From Isurus oxyrinchus (taxonomy: Eukaryota), in the NCBI GenBank assembly GCA_026770705.1, contig JANJGN010000005.1, positions 184,016,001 through 184,080,000 of the forward strand: 64,000 bases of DNA, read 5' to 3'. Position numbers and translations under genes: made by a program. Positions 27,300-39,364 of this stretch are shown one piece after another. Numbering within the stretch: the stretch's first letter is position 1; each line of letters opens with the position of its first letter. A model generated the notes under the pieces. It had not been told where the DNA came from. It made no database searches and saw only the letters and a list, made by a program, of their open reading frames with translations.

Positions 27300-29140
27300 C
27301 ACAGGATTATGTAGGATATATGGTACAGAGACAGGCCATTTGGTTCAACCAGTCTATGTTGGAATTTATGCTCCACTCTAGCCTCCTCTCATCTGTTCCC
27401 ATCTAATTCTACCGTTGTAACCATCAACATTCTCCCTGATATGTTCTTCTAGTTTCCCCTTAAATGCATCTATACTTTAACCACTTCCTCTGGTAGCAAG
27501 TTCCACATTCTTACCACTCTCTGGTTAAAATAAGTTTCTTCTGAATTCCCCATTGGATTTCTTGGTGACTATCTTAGGTTGATGGCCCCTAGTTATACTC
27601 TTCCACACAAAAGGAAACATTCTCTCTGTATCTACTCTACCAGAACCTTCAGCAAAATTAAATAAGGGCACTCCTCAGCATTTTTTTTTAAAACAAGAGT
27701 CTCAACCTGTCAATCTTTTCTTAATACACACATCCAAGCATTTCTGGTATCATCCTTGCAAACCTTCTCTGCACCCTCTCCAATGCGTCTATATCCTTTT
27801 TATAATCTGGCGACCAGAACTGAAAGTGTCGCCTAAGGTTCTTTTCAGCTTTAGATAACTTCCCTACTTTCCAAAAGCCTGAGTGCTTGGTTTGCTTTTT
27901 TATGACCTTGCTAACTTGTGGCGCAACCTTCAGTGATTAGAGCATTTGTACTCCAAGATCCCTTTGTTCTTCTGCCCCACCCAGGCTTGCAAGTAATGTA
28001 GCCTCCTTATTCTTCCTAACAAAACATTTCACATTTATCTGTGGTGAACTTCATTTGCCAATTACATGCCCATTCTACAAGATCCTTAATGTCCTTCCAT
28101 AGTTTGTTGATCCATCTCAGCATTGACTATCCTCTCAATTTGGTGTCATCCTTAAATTTAGAAATTGGGTTTTCAATTCCATATCATTAATGTAAATTCT
28201 GATCACTGATCCTTGTGCTACACCTCTTCCCAAGTTCAGCCACTTTGAATAACTACTCTTTACTCCCACTGTCTGCCTTTTGCCTTGAAGCCAGCTAGCA
28301 ACCCATTCTACCGCTTGTCCCCTGACTTAGCATTCTCCAACCTTATTCATTAGTCTATCATGAAGCACCTTATTGAAGAACTTCTGGAAATCCAGTTAAA
28401 GTACATCTACTACAATACTATTGTCTAATTTCTGTTACCTCCTCAAAAAATTCAATAAGGTTAGTCGAGCAAGATTTTCTCTTTTGAAATCCATGCTGAT
28501 TCTTCACTGAAGGTGGGCAAAGGTAATGCTTTTGCCCGTTAGTCTGTTTGTAAACAATATCTCTCAAAAACTAATGGACGGATTTCAATGAAACTTGGTA
28601 CATAGGGTATGGCCCAAGGAAGAGCTGATTAGTTTTTGGTGAAGATATGGATGCAGATCCAGATCTTGGAATATCTTAAAGTATCTGTAAACACTGAAAG
28701 ATACAATAAATTGACATTTTTTAAAACAATGCTGTGGGTTGTTTTATTTAGAATGCTGTAGATTGTTTTGGCTATTGCAATGGGGTTTGTCACAGCTGTC
28801 AAGACGTGTGCAGAGTTTTCAGTGCAGGTTGTTGGACGTGGATTGGCTTGAAGGCTTCCAAGTAAGATGTAAGCTTGGAATAAAAATATTTCTTTTTTCA
28901 ACTTTGCAGTTACAGAGCATCAACCAAACAGGGAAAAGCTTCAAGAAAGAACTATGTAATTGTGATAATGTTGAGTTAATATAACGTGGAGGTATGTGCT
29001 CCTCGTGCCCACTTCGCTTGTTATATTTCAAATTTCTAAATGTTCTTCTATTCTCTCCTTTAGTAAGGATTCCATTTTTTTCCCCCTACCACTAATGTTA
29101 AGCTGACTACTCCATAATTCCCTGGATATGCTCTGTCTTA
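27300..29140 (-). mobile_element. CR1 LINE, reverse orientation, split by an insertion at 28500-29022
   Basis: 3' UTR acagagacaggccatttggttcaacc; antisense RT motifs tggtgtcatcc (DDT), cttctggaaatccagttaaagtacatc, aaatccatgctg. Confidence 0.85.
28500..29022 (+). mobile_element. Non-autonomous Helentron-associated (HINE/DINE-1-like) element
   Basis: Core tctgtttgtaaacaatatctctcaaaaactaatggacggatttcaatgaaacttgg...tttttggtgaagat..gatccagatc and 3' end gtggaggtatgtgctc...cttgtt resemble fish HINEs; subterminal inverted matches gaaggtgggca/tgcccacttc; TT at both ends. Confidence 0.7.
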
Positions 29141-30139
29141 AATATACTTATTGCCATCACTCATTGTCCTTGAGGAAGTTATGCTGGGCCGCCTTCTTGA
29201 ACCACTGCAGTCCATATCGCAAACGTACTTCCACAGTAAATTTAAATGGATAGTTCCAGGAATTTGACTGTACAACAGTGTAGGGACAACAATAGATGCC
29301 CAAGTTAAGGTGGTGTGTGATTTAGGGGTGGTGGTGTTTGGATGCACCTGCTGCTCTTATCCTTCTAATACCAGAGATTGAAAGGTCATTGATGAAGCAG
29401 CTGTAGATAGTTAGACTGAAGTCACTGCCCTTAGGAAGTCCTGAGGATGTCCTGGGACTGAGGTGATTAGCTTCCAATGACCATAACCATCTTCCTTTGT
29501 GCTAGATGTAACTGCAGCCATTGGACAGTTTTGACCCGATGTCCAGTGAATTCAGTTTTACTAGAGCTCCTTGGTGCCATATTTGATCAAAAGCTGTCAT
29601 TGTAAGACTAAATGGTGGCATGCTCCAGCAGTCGCCGAGGAATTAACCTAGGTTTGGTTTCACCAAGGTAGAGTGCAAACAGGTTACAGCTGAGGAAAAG
29701 CACAATGGAAAAATGTGCAAAAACTCGAGTAAATTACAAAAACAAGTTCAAACTTACGAAGCCTTTAAGAAAACATGCTGCCTGGAAACTCAAAAATGAC
29801 ACAAATATTTTAACACCATTTGACAGGAAATAGAAATCAACGAATCGTAGTTCAAATCAGGTCACAGGAAATATCTATTGCCAATAAGGGTGATGTTGCT
29901 TTAGGGGAGGAGTGGGTTTAGAAATAGGGCCACACACTAGAATTAGGCCTTGTGAATAAGCAAAGAGGGTGGGGGTGATAATTCTTTAAAGGGTACCTAT
30001 CATCCCAAATCATTTTCAGCCTTGAAAAAATAGCCTTAAGGTTAATCTTTGATTGCCATAAACTCTATTCCCAAGCCATTGATTTAATTCTCCTAGCTAA
30101 CCAGTGTTTCAGGCTAAACTAGACTATTCCCAACATTGC

Positions 30140-30670
30140 CATCCTATCTGACTACATTGAGCTTTGACTCCACACTGTCACAAATACCGCCTAATTCCAC
30201 CTCCATAATATAACCCATTTCTGCCTCTGTTTCAACTTAACTGCCACTGAAGCCTCATCCATTCTTTTGTTATCCCCAGGTGCAGCTATTCCAATGCTTT
30301 CCCAGTTAGCCTCCCACCTTCACCTTTAATTGAAGCTCATTCAAAACTCTGCCACACATATAGTAACTTGGACTAAGACCCACTCACCCATCACCCTTGC
30401 TCCCTGACCTACACTGGCTCCCAATCCAGCAATGTACCAACTTAAACATTCGCTTTCTCATGCTCAAATCCCTCTGTGGCCTCCCCTATCTCTGTAACCA
30501 CCTCCAACCCCACAATCAGCTGAGAACTCTACATTCCTCCAATTTATACATCTTGTGCATCCTCAGCTTCCTTCCCCCACCGCTGGCAGTCATGTCTTCC
30601 ATTGGTTGGGCACTAAACTTCTGTTTTTCTCTCTCCTCCTTCAAGATACTCTAAATCCTGCCTCTAATCA
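30140..30670 (+). mobile_element. L2-type LINE 3' fragment
   Basis: ORF 30397..30654 LPDLHWLPIQQ; gaagcctcatccattcttttgtta...gctattccaatgc. Confidence 0.8.
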
Positions 30671-31994
30671 AACCAGTTCTCCAGTCACACACATTTTTGA
30701 CATAGCATTCTCAGTTTCTACCATAATCTAAGGGGTTGACAACATGGTTTTTGATGCCAGCACAAGGCTTGTGCGTTAAGGTTTGGGAAATACACATTCT
30801 GGAGCTGCAATCTTTTCAGTCCCAGTGTGTAGGGAGCCCATAGCATTATTACCTTGTGTCATTAGCACATTGAGCCTTTGCAACAGTCTTTGCAAAGAGC
30901 CTTTACACAAAGTTCATTAAAGGCCCACTACTATGTGTATTAGGACAATGCACATAATGCATCTAGTGCATGTAATGGCACTCCAAACGCCGAGTGCCTA
31001 TTTGAAACACATGCTTCAAGAGAGGTCAATCCATAAGTTAGAAGGCACCCATTGCTTTGTGGCACTACCCTGCTAACACAAGACTTCCTGCAGCATGGCC
31101 TGCAATGTATGAATCAGAAGATTCTTTTTTTAAAAAAAAACTACAGTCAAATGTTTTCACAATGGCTGATATCCAATAATGCATCACTTCAACCAGTGAG
31201 CTTTTTTCAGCATGTCATGCACTGGAAGTGCTGTCTAAATATTTAAATTGGCTGACCTCATTATGGAGTGAGATCAGTTTGTACCCACAGAGCACCAGAT
31301 ACGTCAGGATTGCACTAAGCGCATTTCAATCCAGATTTGCTGAAGTAACGTTGCAGTATTGATCATAAAGTCAAGCACTCTAGATTAGCAATGGCTGATA
31401 TTTTGGAACTGCTTGATTTCTTAATAGTGTGTAATGCACTCAACATACATTTAAAGCTGGATAAAATCACAACTAAACCTTTGCAACACAACTCAAAATC
31501 CTCTGAAAAAGTGTACAAGTAATTTATATATTTTCACAGTGCACAGGATGTTTGTTTTATTACATTATTCTTTTTAAATTACTCACATATGCACAAGTAG
31601 GACTGTGACTATGAATATAAATAAATGTGCATAGAAACCTCCTACGCTTGTAGTGATTTAAGATATATGATCTAAAACACTTCCAGTCAATTGCCAATCA
31701 TACAAAAATCAAAAGTATGCAGTGGTAGTGAAGTGAATATACTTCAGTTTACATCCACACACTTGTCTTAATGGTCAAGTTTTGCCAGTTCCCTGCATGC
31801 CACCAGATTAATTGTCACGAGGTATTCCATTTCAGAAAGTAGTTTGGCAAGAATTCCATCTCACTTTCTAAATTAAAAATGTATCTCACTTGAGTGGTGC
31901 TTCCTAATAGTTTATCATAAATCAATACAAATTGACAACTATCCAGAGTATTTCTGGCCAGGCTGTCTCATTCTAGTGGATGCAGAGAGCCATT

Positions 31995-32200
31995 AAAAAT
32001 ATGACTGAGACATAAGGCAGGAGTAGGCCATTTGACCCCACGAGCCTGCTCCGCCATTTAACCAGGTCATGGCTGATCTGATTGTGGCCTTAAGCCCACT
32101 TTCCTGCTTGCACCACCCACCCCGCCACTCATAACCCTCGACTCCCTTGTAGATCATAAACCTGCATAACTTAAATATATTCCAGCCTCCATCTCCAGAC
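31995..32200 (-). mobile_element. CR1 3' UTR fragment
   Basis: gcaggagtaggccatttgaccccacgagcctgctccgccattt...atggctgatctgattgtggcc. Confidence 0.85.
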
Positions 32201-32329
32201 ACCAAGGTGAAAGACCATGGGTAAAGGCTCATACTGCAGGATATTACGAAGATTTTTAAAAAAGGTAGTTTAGAAGACAGGATAAATCAAGAAACAGTGG
32301 TTAGTTGACATAAATCTCACATTTTAAAA

Positions 32330-32550
32330 GCCTGCAGATTGGAGGAAGGGAAGTCTTATCACCACAAGCTGTGCTTGAAGCAAATAGTAGAGATTTATTT
32401 CAGGGAAGCTAGATAATTATATGAAGGAGAAGGGAATAGAGTTATACCAATAAGAGTGAGATGAGAAAGGCTGGGAGGAACAAGAGTGGATGGACTGGTT
32501 GGAACAAATGGCCTGTTTTGTGCTGTATTTTCTATATAATTCTATGTAAA
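32330..32550 (+). mobile_element. CR1 3' UTR fragment
   Basis: gggaagctagataattatatgaaggagaagggaataga...aaatggcctgttttgtgctgtatttt. Confidence 0.7.
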
Positions 32551-34089
32551 AAGTTAAAGATGAAGGAATTGAATTGGAGTTTTGAGATCCCGCAAAAGTG
32601 AGTTAGAGGAGGAGATAGTGTAATGAGTCTCAATTTCAACACAGTAGGAAGGAGGAAGTTTGCATAAGTAGTATATTATATATGGAGCTAAGAACAAAAG
32701 AAGCAAGTTCAATGGCTATAGCATGAAATTAGGGAAAATGTTCAACACATGGAAGCTAGACCTGCTTCTTTCAAGAAATATGAAAGTAAGATATTGCTTC
32801 ATTGAAGGCAAAAAATATATTTATGGTACTACTCTTAAAATCTAGCACCTAAACACTGGGCTATTCACAGGAACTGCACATCAGGTTCCTGCCACTTCTA
32901 TGCCTTAAACACTAAACAAAAGCACAAGTGCCAAATGACCCTTCCTCTGCTTGGCAGTCTTTAGCGATTAGATCTGATGAATTCAGGTTAGATGCCCTAC
33001 AACAGGGTTGAAGAACACTAACAATTCGTATTTGAAAGAAACTGACAGCTGACAGCACTGGTTAGACTCTCTTCCGTAAATGGAATTATTTCCACTAAAC
33101 TAGATTCTTTAATGATTTAAAGGACGATATTCAAATTTTGAGAGTCCACACAGAGTACTGAAGAGAAGATATAGCACCAGGTACTGAACCTTTCAGTACA
33201 GCATTGAGGGTCAGGATTAATATCTAGGATGTCAAAAGCACACTCAGTTTACTATAGATAGACTAACAATATGCACCATCTAAGCTGGTCTTTTCTGGCC
33301 ACACACACAACACAGTGAATGGCCCAAGGTAGCAACTCTTTCATTAACAAAATAGAGTTACTGCTCTCAGAAAACAAAATTTTAATTCAGTATTTAAACA
33401 AAGTCTTTTACAGAGTGGTGAGAAGGGAATTCACATTAAAAACATCCTCCCCTACCACTCCAGATGTTACTACTTTAATATAAGAGCAGTGATAGGAATA
33501 GCAGCTGTTTAAGGGGGTTATAGGGTTAATGCTTGTGCATCTATATTAAGAGAATAGAATGTTAGACAAATAGTTGCATTGGATGCAATAATAGGCAGTG
33601 ATGAGGACACAGTTCGTGTTGGATGATCAAGTAATTGTGCATAGGATAACATATAGAATTACAGATGACACTGGAATAGAAATGGAGTAAAGACTATTCA
33701 CATGATCAAGTTTCACTATGGATTTGCCTTAGTGTGGTTTGTCATAGTGGCAATTCAAAACAATGATGACTGAACAGCATTCTTTCCTGGCTTTTTGTGA
33801 AATATACAACATTAGACACTACATGATATTTAACATTTACAAGTTATGAGAAAGACCCAGATTAAAAAGCTCTCCTTCGTGAACATATTTAGGCACCCCT
33901 CCTCTTTTCATCAATGCGGCGTTTTCCTCCCTACTGTGAAAATTGCAAGACAGCTGGTAGTTGGTGGTAGTGTGATGAAGTAAAGCAAGCTCTTAAACTG
34001 AAAGAATTTAATAACTTACCTTTAAAAAAAAATTTTTTTTGCCCAATGAGTGATGCAGCATAATTCTACTTAAATGTGCTACTTGTTAA

Positions 34090-34300
34090 TGTTATGATAA
34101 TTGTATTGTTATGGTTAAGAATAAGTATTGGTTGATTAAGTATAATGGGCACATATAAATGGGGAGTGCTTGGACATTGGGTTAGTAAGTAGGCAGCAGA
34201 CATATGTAATGTTGTATTCTGTAAATAAATGAACAACCAAGAAAAGGATTTACGTCTAGTTTCATACTTCAGCAGCTGGCTAGGGATCCTTTTATCGCTA
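34090..34300 (+). mobile_element. Possible short solo LTR
   Basis: Starts tgttatga; tataaa at about 34154 followed by aataaa at about 34223; 3' terminus and TSD not resolved. Confidence 0.35.
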
Positions 34301-34364
34301 CGAAAATGTTATAATTGCATTGCATATGATTTTCTTATTGCTATTTGTGAGAATTCACTGGCAC

Positions 34365-34802
34365 TTATGTCAGCACCGGCTCACTGGTCACACTCTCACA
34401 TGACTCTGGAGGCTGTATTTCAACTCTTACTCCTGGGCTTGAGCAGATTCTGGGCTGACACTATGCAGTATGGAGAACCAACTGCACTGCTAGAAGAGCC
34501 GAGGTTTGGAATGAGGAGTTAAGTCCAGGTCTCATCTGGTCTTTCAAGCGCATGTAAAAGGTCCCATTGCACTATGTGAAGAGCAGGGAAGTTCTAATCA
34601 CATCCTGGTCAATATCTATCCTTCAAATAACATCACTGAATTCGGATGATCTGGTCACTTATTGCATTGCTGTTTGAGACACCTTGCAAATTGACTGCTG
34701 TGATTCCCTTCATTACAACAATAATTACATTTCACAATTACTTCATTGGTTGTAAAATGTATTGGGGCACCCTGGGGTAGTGAAAGATGTTGGCTTTCTT
34801 TG
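34365..34802 (+). mobile_element. Near full-length Deu-domain SINE (SacSINE1/AmnSINE1-like)
   Basis: tRNA-like head, Deu core gtaaaaggtcccattgcactat..gaagagcaggg...cctggtcaatatctatccttcaa..aacatcact, and L2-like tail ending ctttcttt. Confidence 0.75.
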
Positions 34803-37210
34803 GGTGCTAATTGACAAGAGAAAACTTAAAAAGTCCAAATATACCCCTCCTAATTCTGATTCCTGCGAATCAGTTATAATATGCATTGATTACGTCTTTG
34901 GTATGTTTCAATGCTGGTAAAACATTTGAGAGAAATGTTCTGGAATTAGAGCTTTTAATATTGAAGACTTGTAAATAAAAATCTATTTTTGAACGTCACA
35001 AAAGATAAAAATTTGAAGTAAAAGATTTTTAAAATTGAGAAAAACTACTACCGCAGTTCCCACAAATCAACTGCTCCCTCTTCTATACCACTTGATTTAC
35101 TCAGCAATTAAAATAGTTATAATTTTTAAAAAAACAAAAGCCTAACCCTGATAACGAAAATGTGTCACTATCCTTCTATGTTCTGTGGCACAAACTTATT
35201 TTATATACAATGAATGTGAATGATTTAAGAGGTTCTACTTAAATATACAAAAAAGAATAATTCTAATGCTCTTGTACTACCTCTAAGGAGATGAAAGCAA
35301 GCATTAGAACTGATTCTAATACATTATACACTTGTTATTACAGACCCTTCATTAAAAAAATCAGAACTTATTTGAGTTTGGAGGGATTGATACCTTGGTG
35401 TCAATTTATAATAAACATAACTGTAAGGTAAAGTTTCATTATTCAGATTAAGTGCAAAGTAAAAACAAAGTAAATTAATGTGATTTAGCCCAAACACAAA
35501 ACAATCTTTAAACTTGGTATCAAGATGTAATTCCAGTTTTAAATCAAATCATGTATTTCACTACAAGTTAAATAAAACATCAATAACTAGTTTGGCTTGT
35601 GAAGTCTGTAAACTGACGCACAGATTTACTGAAGAATTAAGTTAATTCTGAAGAAAATCCAAGGTGAAATCAATTGCAAGCTTTTGCATTTATCTATCAT
35701 CAAAATTACTGTACATTGCTATTGCCTTTTTCTATGTGTAACTTAAATCAGATATTGATTTAACTGAGTCAGGCCCCATTGAAAAATGCAACTAGATTTA
35801 CAAGTATAAAAGAAGTTTCAAGCTGCATATCACTTGTGGTTTGTAACGTACTCACATTAGTTAATTTGGAACAATTTATCAAGAAAATTATTAACTTTTG
35901 TATCAATCACAATAACCAACTGTATTAGAAGTTCTCATTCCAAAACAGTTTCAGAAATACAGTAAAATACACAAAATGGTTATTTCATTAACCGAATGAG
36001 GGCAGTTCTAAAACCAGTCATATTAAACACAAAACTGAGGGTATAATAGTGCCCTGTTTAGTCAGGATTTAAGAATGTGCTTTTGCAATATGAGGTATTC
36101 CTTTCAGTTTAATGTTAATTGTAACACCGAGCCCTGAAACTAGTATTTAAATTAAGTTAATGAAAATACAGTCTTCATAGTTCAAGCACATCAAATAACT
36201 TTCATGTATTGTAATAAGCAACAAGTATTTCCACTCGATGAAGCATCAGCTAACCACAATTGATTGAAATCACATTTCTCAAATGTGAAAGGTAAAATTC
36301 CTTCTAGAATTACTCTCTCATTTAATGGCTAGGTAACAGTGCGCTAACAGATTGCTCATTAAACTCAAGTACAAAGTAATGGGTTTTGTACTTTATTTCC
36401 AGAATAAAGATATGATAGAGTTGGCAATGTCTTACCCTAAGGAGTAATCTGCCGGCTATGCTGTAGCTATCACAATATAAAGTACTATCCAACATTTTTT
36501 TTCAAAGATCTAACATTTTTATCATCTGATATGGAATTGATCTTTACACATTATGTAAACAAAACCTTGGATACAATCAAAAATGGCCTAATAACTTAAA
36601 AACTGAGTCAACCTATCAAAAAAGAAAATACAAATCACACAGAGGATGTAGAAGAATAAATCAGAACAGGAAATGCTGTCTTGCTAAGCCTAGTGTGTGG
36701 CCAAGAATGGAGCCAATAAACAATGATCGCCTTTGTGGTATTGCTTTCTCCGCAGACACGTTTTCAGTCACTGCTAATCCGCTATTAATACAAATTCAAA
36801 ACTGTTGCTGCTTTTACTAGAGATTGGACAGTAATTATTTAGCCGATGACAGTTCATTCATGCTCAACTCTGTAAAGTTACATTAGTTAACTGTTCTCGG
36901 TTTTTATTTTTCTCCTCACTGCAAAAGGTTATTGAAATCCAATCTCAAAAAGAACTTTGCATTGAGCATTAGCATCTGCGAGTTTTCCCAGCAACAGCAG
37001 CTTTTTCTTTACTCCAAAATGCTAAAGGCAAAGTCAATGGCAAAGAAAACACAATATTAGAAAATTAACAGCTGTAACTCTAGTTCCTAAATTTATTGTA
37101 ATGGAATGCTAATTATTTAAAAACAAATATTTAGAATTACACATCATTTATTTTAAGCTTCCGGTTTCTTAAACAAATTATCCATAAAGCTGTAACAGCT
37201 TCCAACTCAC

Positions 37211-37291
37211 CCGTGTGAAGGTCCCTTCAAAACTATGAATGTCCATTTGTGGCTTCTGAGCATAAACATGAGCATTGATTGTAAAAAGATC
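37211..37291 (-). CDS. ATP9B: ATP9B internal coding exon (81 nt, phase 0-0): [27 protein letters not shown]
   Basis: Minus strand reads tttacag|GATCTT...ACACGG|gtgagt. The peptide matches remembered ATP9[28 protein letters not shown]; ATP9A has AEEPNIDIHNFVGTF here. Not in the ORF track. Confidence 0.95.
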
Positions 37292-38639
37292 CTGTAAATT
37301 AAATTAAACAGGGCAGAGAGTCAAAAATGGGGGAAAAAATACTCTATTCAAATGGAGGAAAGGTATAATTGAGGTTCTATTAAAATGTCTTAAGATACTT
37401 ATTTAGAAATGACAATGTTCTTTCTTTCTTAAGTATTAGAAATGTTTAATTTAATGCCAAAAAATATAATTCATGGAGAACAGTGTGGCTTTGTATCAAG
37501 ATTTCTGCATTTTAAAAGTAACAATGAATAATACAGGGCATAAATTCACTTCACAAAGCAGAAATAAAAAAGCGTATTAGAAAGTGTGGAAGTACCTTTA
37601 ACAGAAAACATTTATGTAAGAATTACGGTATTAGCATCAAAGAGGTTTTTGTCTACCTTCTTAAAAATTCTGAAAGTTCTGTCCTACCCTTATGTTTAAC
37701 AAGTTAAGCAATGAATGAACATGTTTAAGCAATTTCTTTTTTTTTGTGAAAAAGTTTGGGAACAGTAATGCGATAACTGACTGCTAAAAACATTGACTTT
37801 TCAAAGTGTAAATAAAACATATCTATAATCACAAGTCAGTGTATTTCAATTAGTTTGCTTTCATATAAAACTAATACATTACCATGGTGAAAGTTGCCAT
37901 TGAAAATTTTACTGTAGCTTATTCATACACCTAAAACGAACAGCAATCCATCCTTTATCGTAACCAGTTAGTTTTGTGTGTCCTTTGATTATATCCTTTT
38001 TAATGAGACTCGATATAAAGGTGATTGCCATTACACAGGGAATCAGGCACAGGTTGCAAATAGTGTGAAAAACAAAACATATGCTTGTCAAAGGAAACAA
38101 AACAGTTTGTGTTCACATCACAGAACTTTTTCCCAAATTCCCAGTCACTTGGCGCACACGTTACACCCAAGGTGATGTAACTATACTTCAATTGGGGAGT
38201 GCAAAAGCCTACATCCCCTTAACAAGCAAGCACAGGAGAGATGATAGATAGGATGCACCCCACCTCAGAAAAAGTTTGGAAATGCATCAAAGTGATCCAC
38301 AGGCGTAGAATACGATGAAGAATTTGAATATGAGTGCCATGCTTCATAATTCAAGGTAGACAAATCTACAGGAATGCAGATTGAAATGAGAAAAAACAAA
38401 CATGCACAGAATAGAGGATTGACCATTAGCAGATCTAGAAAAAGTCAAAGATTTAGCTGATTTGTGGCCATTAATTGAAAATGTCTGTCAAAATGAAGCC
38501 AGTTGCAGTAAAATTGAACAAATACAAGGATACATTTCCAGGGTATCTGAATATTAGTCAGGACAAAAGTTGCAAGTTATTCTAAGATTGAATTGTGTGG
38601 GTAATTTTGAACATTTCAGGTTAATAAGGGCAGTGATGC

Positions 38640-39000
38640 ATTCGAAGGCGTAGAAGGAGCAACAAGGAGAATTTTAGGAGTAACAGCTTTAGTTTACAAA
38701 AGACTTGCAAAGCCAAACTCGTTTTCTTTGAAGAGGATTCAGAAAGAGGTAAAAAAAAAATATCTGGATCTTTAAAATGCTGTAAACAAAAGCAACCTAT
38801 TGGATTTGGCTCATAAGCATTAGAATCAGAAGGCACTGATTGAAAATTTATAGATATCAAGTGAGATTACAAGGAATTGCTTCCCCTTCAGAGTGGTGGG
38901 CTTATGGAACAAACTTACTTCAAAAGGGGGTTGAGCACGTCATAGTAAATTGGGTTCGAGGTTATTAGGGAAAGGAAAAACTCGAGAGCAGGTCAGCAAT
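38640..39000 (+). mobile_element. Highly decayed CR1 3' fragment
   Basis: tttagtttacaaaagac...gaattgcttccccttcagagtggtgggcttatggaac. Confidence 0.45.
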
Positions 39001-39364
39001 GAATTCTGTGGAAGTGAGAATGGATAGATAAATACTCGAGATTTTCCTGGATTACCCTTGATTGTAAAGAATTTTGCCTGAGACTAAACAGATAAAGTAG
39101 AATGTTCCAAGCCTATGCAAGAAACAGGTTTTTCTTTCTCCTTTCCTTGTGTTCATAAACAATTAATATTGCCTATAGCTAAGAACATGCACATGCTTTT
39201 TAAACAAGTAAATGTCTTCGTAAAGTTAGCATAACAGTTTGATTATATTTCAGTTTAAATATTTAGGTCCCATAATAGTTCACTGGATAAATGTACCACA
39301 GTGTGGTAGTGAAGCATACAGACCAGGAATATGCCAGAAACCAAAGAACAGCAGGAAAGCTAAG

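Larger units (their letters stand above)
27265..29600 (-). mobile_element. LINE (same family as 11850-13310) split into about 27265-27299 and 29145-29600
   Basis: ggtgtgactggcaaggagagcattt is continued by ttattgccatcactcattgtccttgagg...gccgccttcttgaaccactgcagtcc. Confidence 0.65.
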
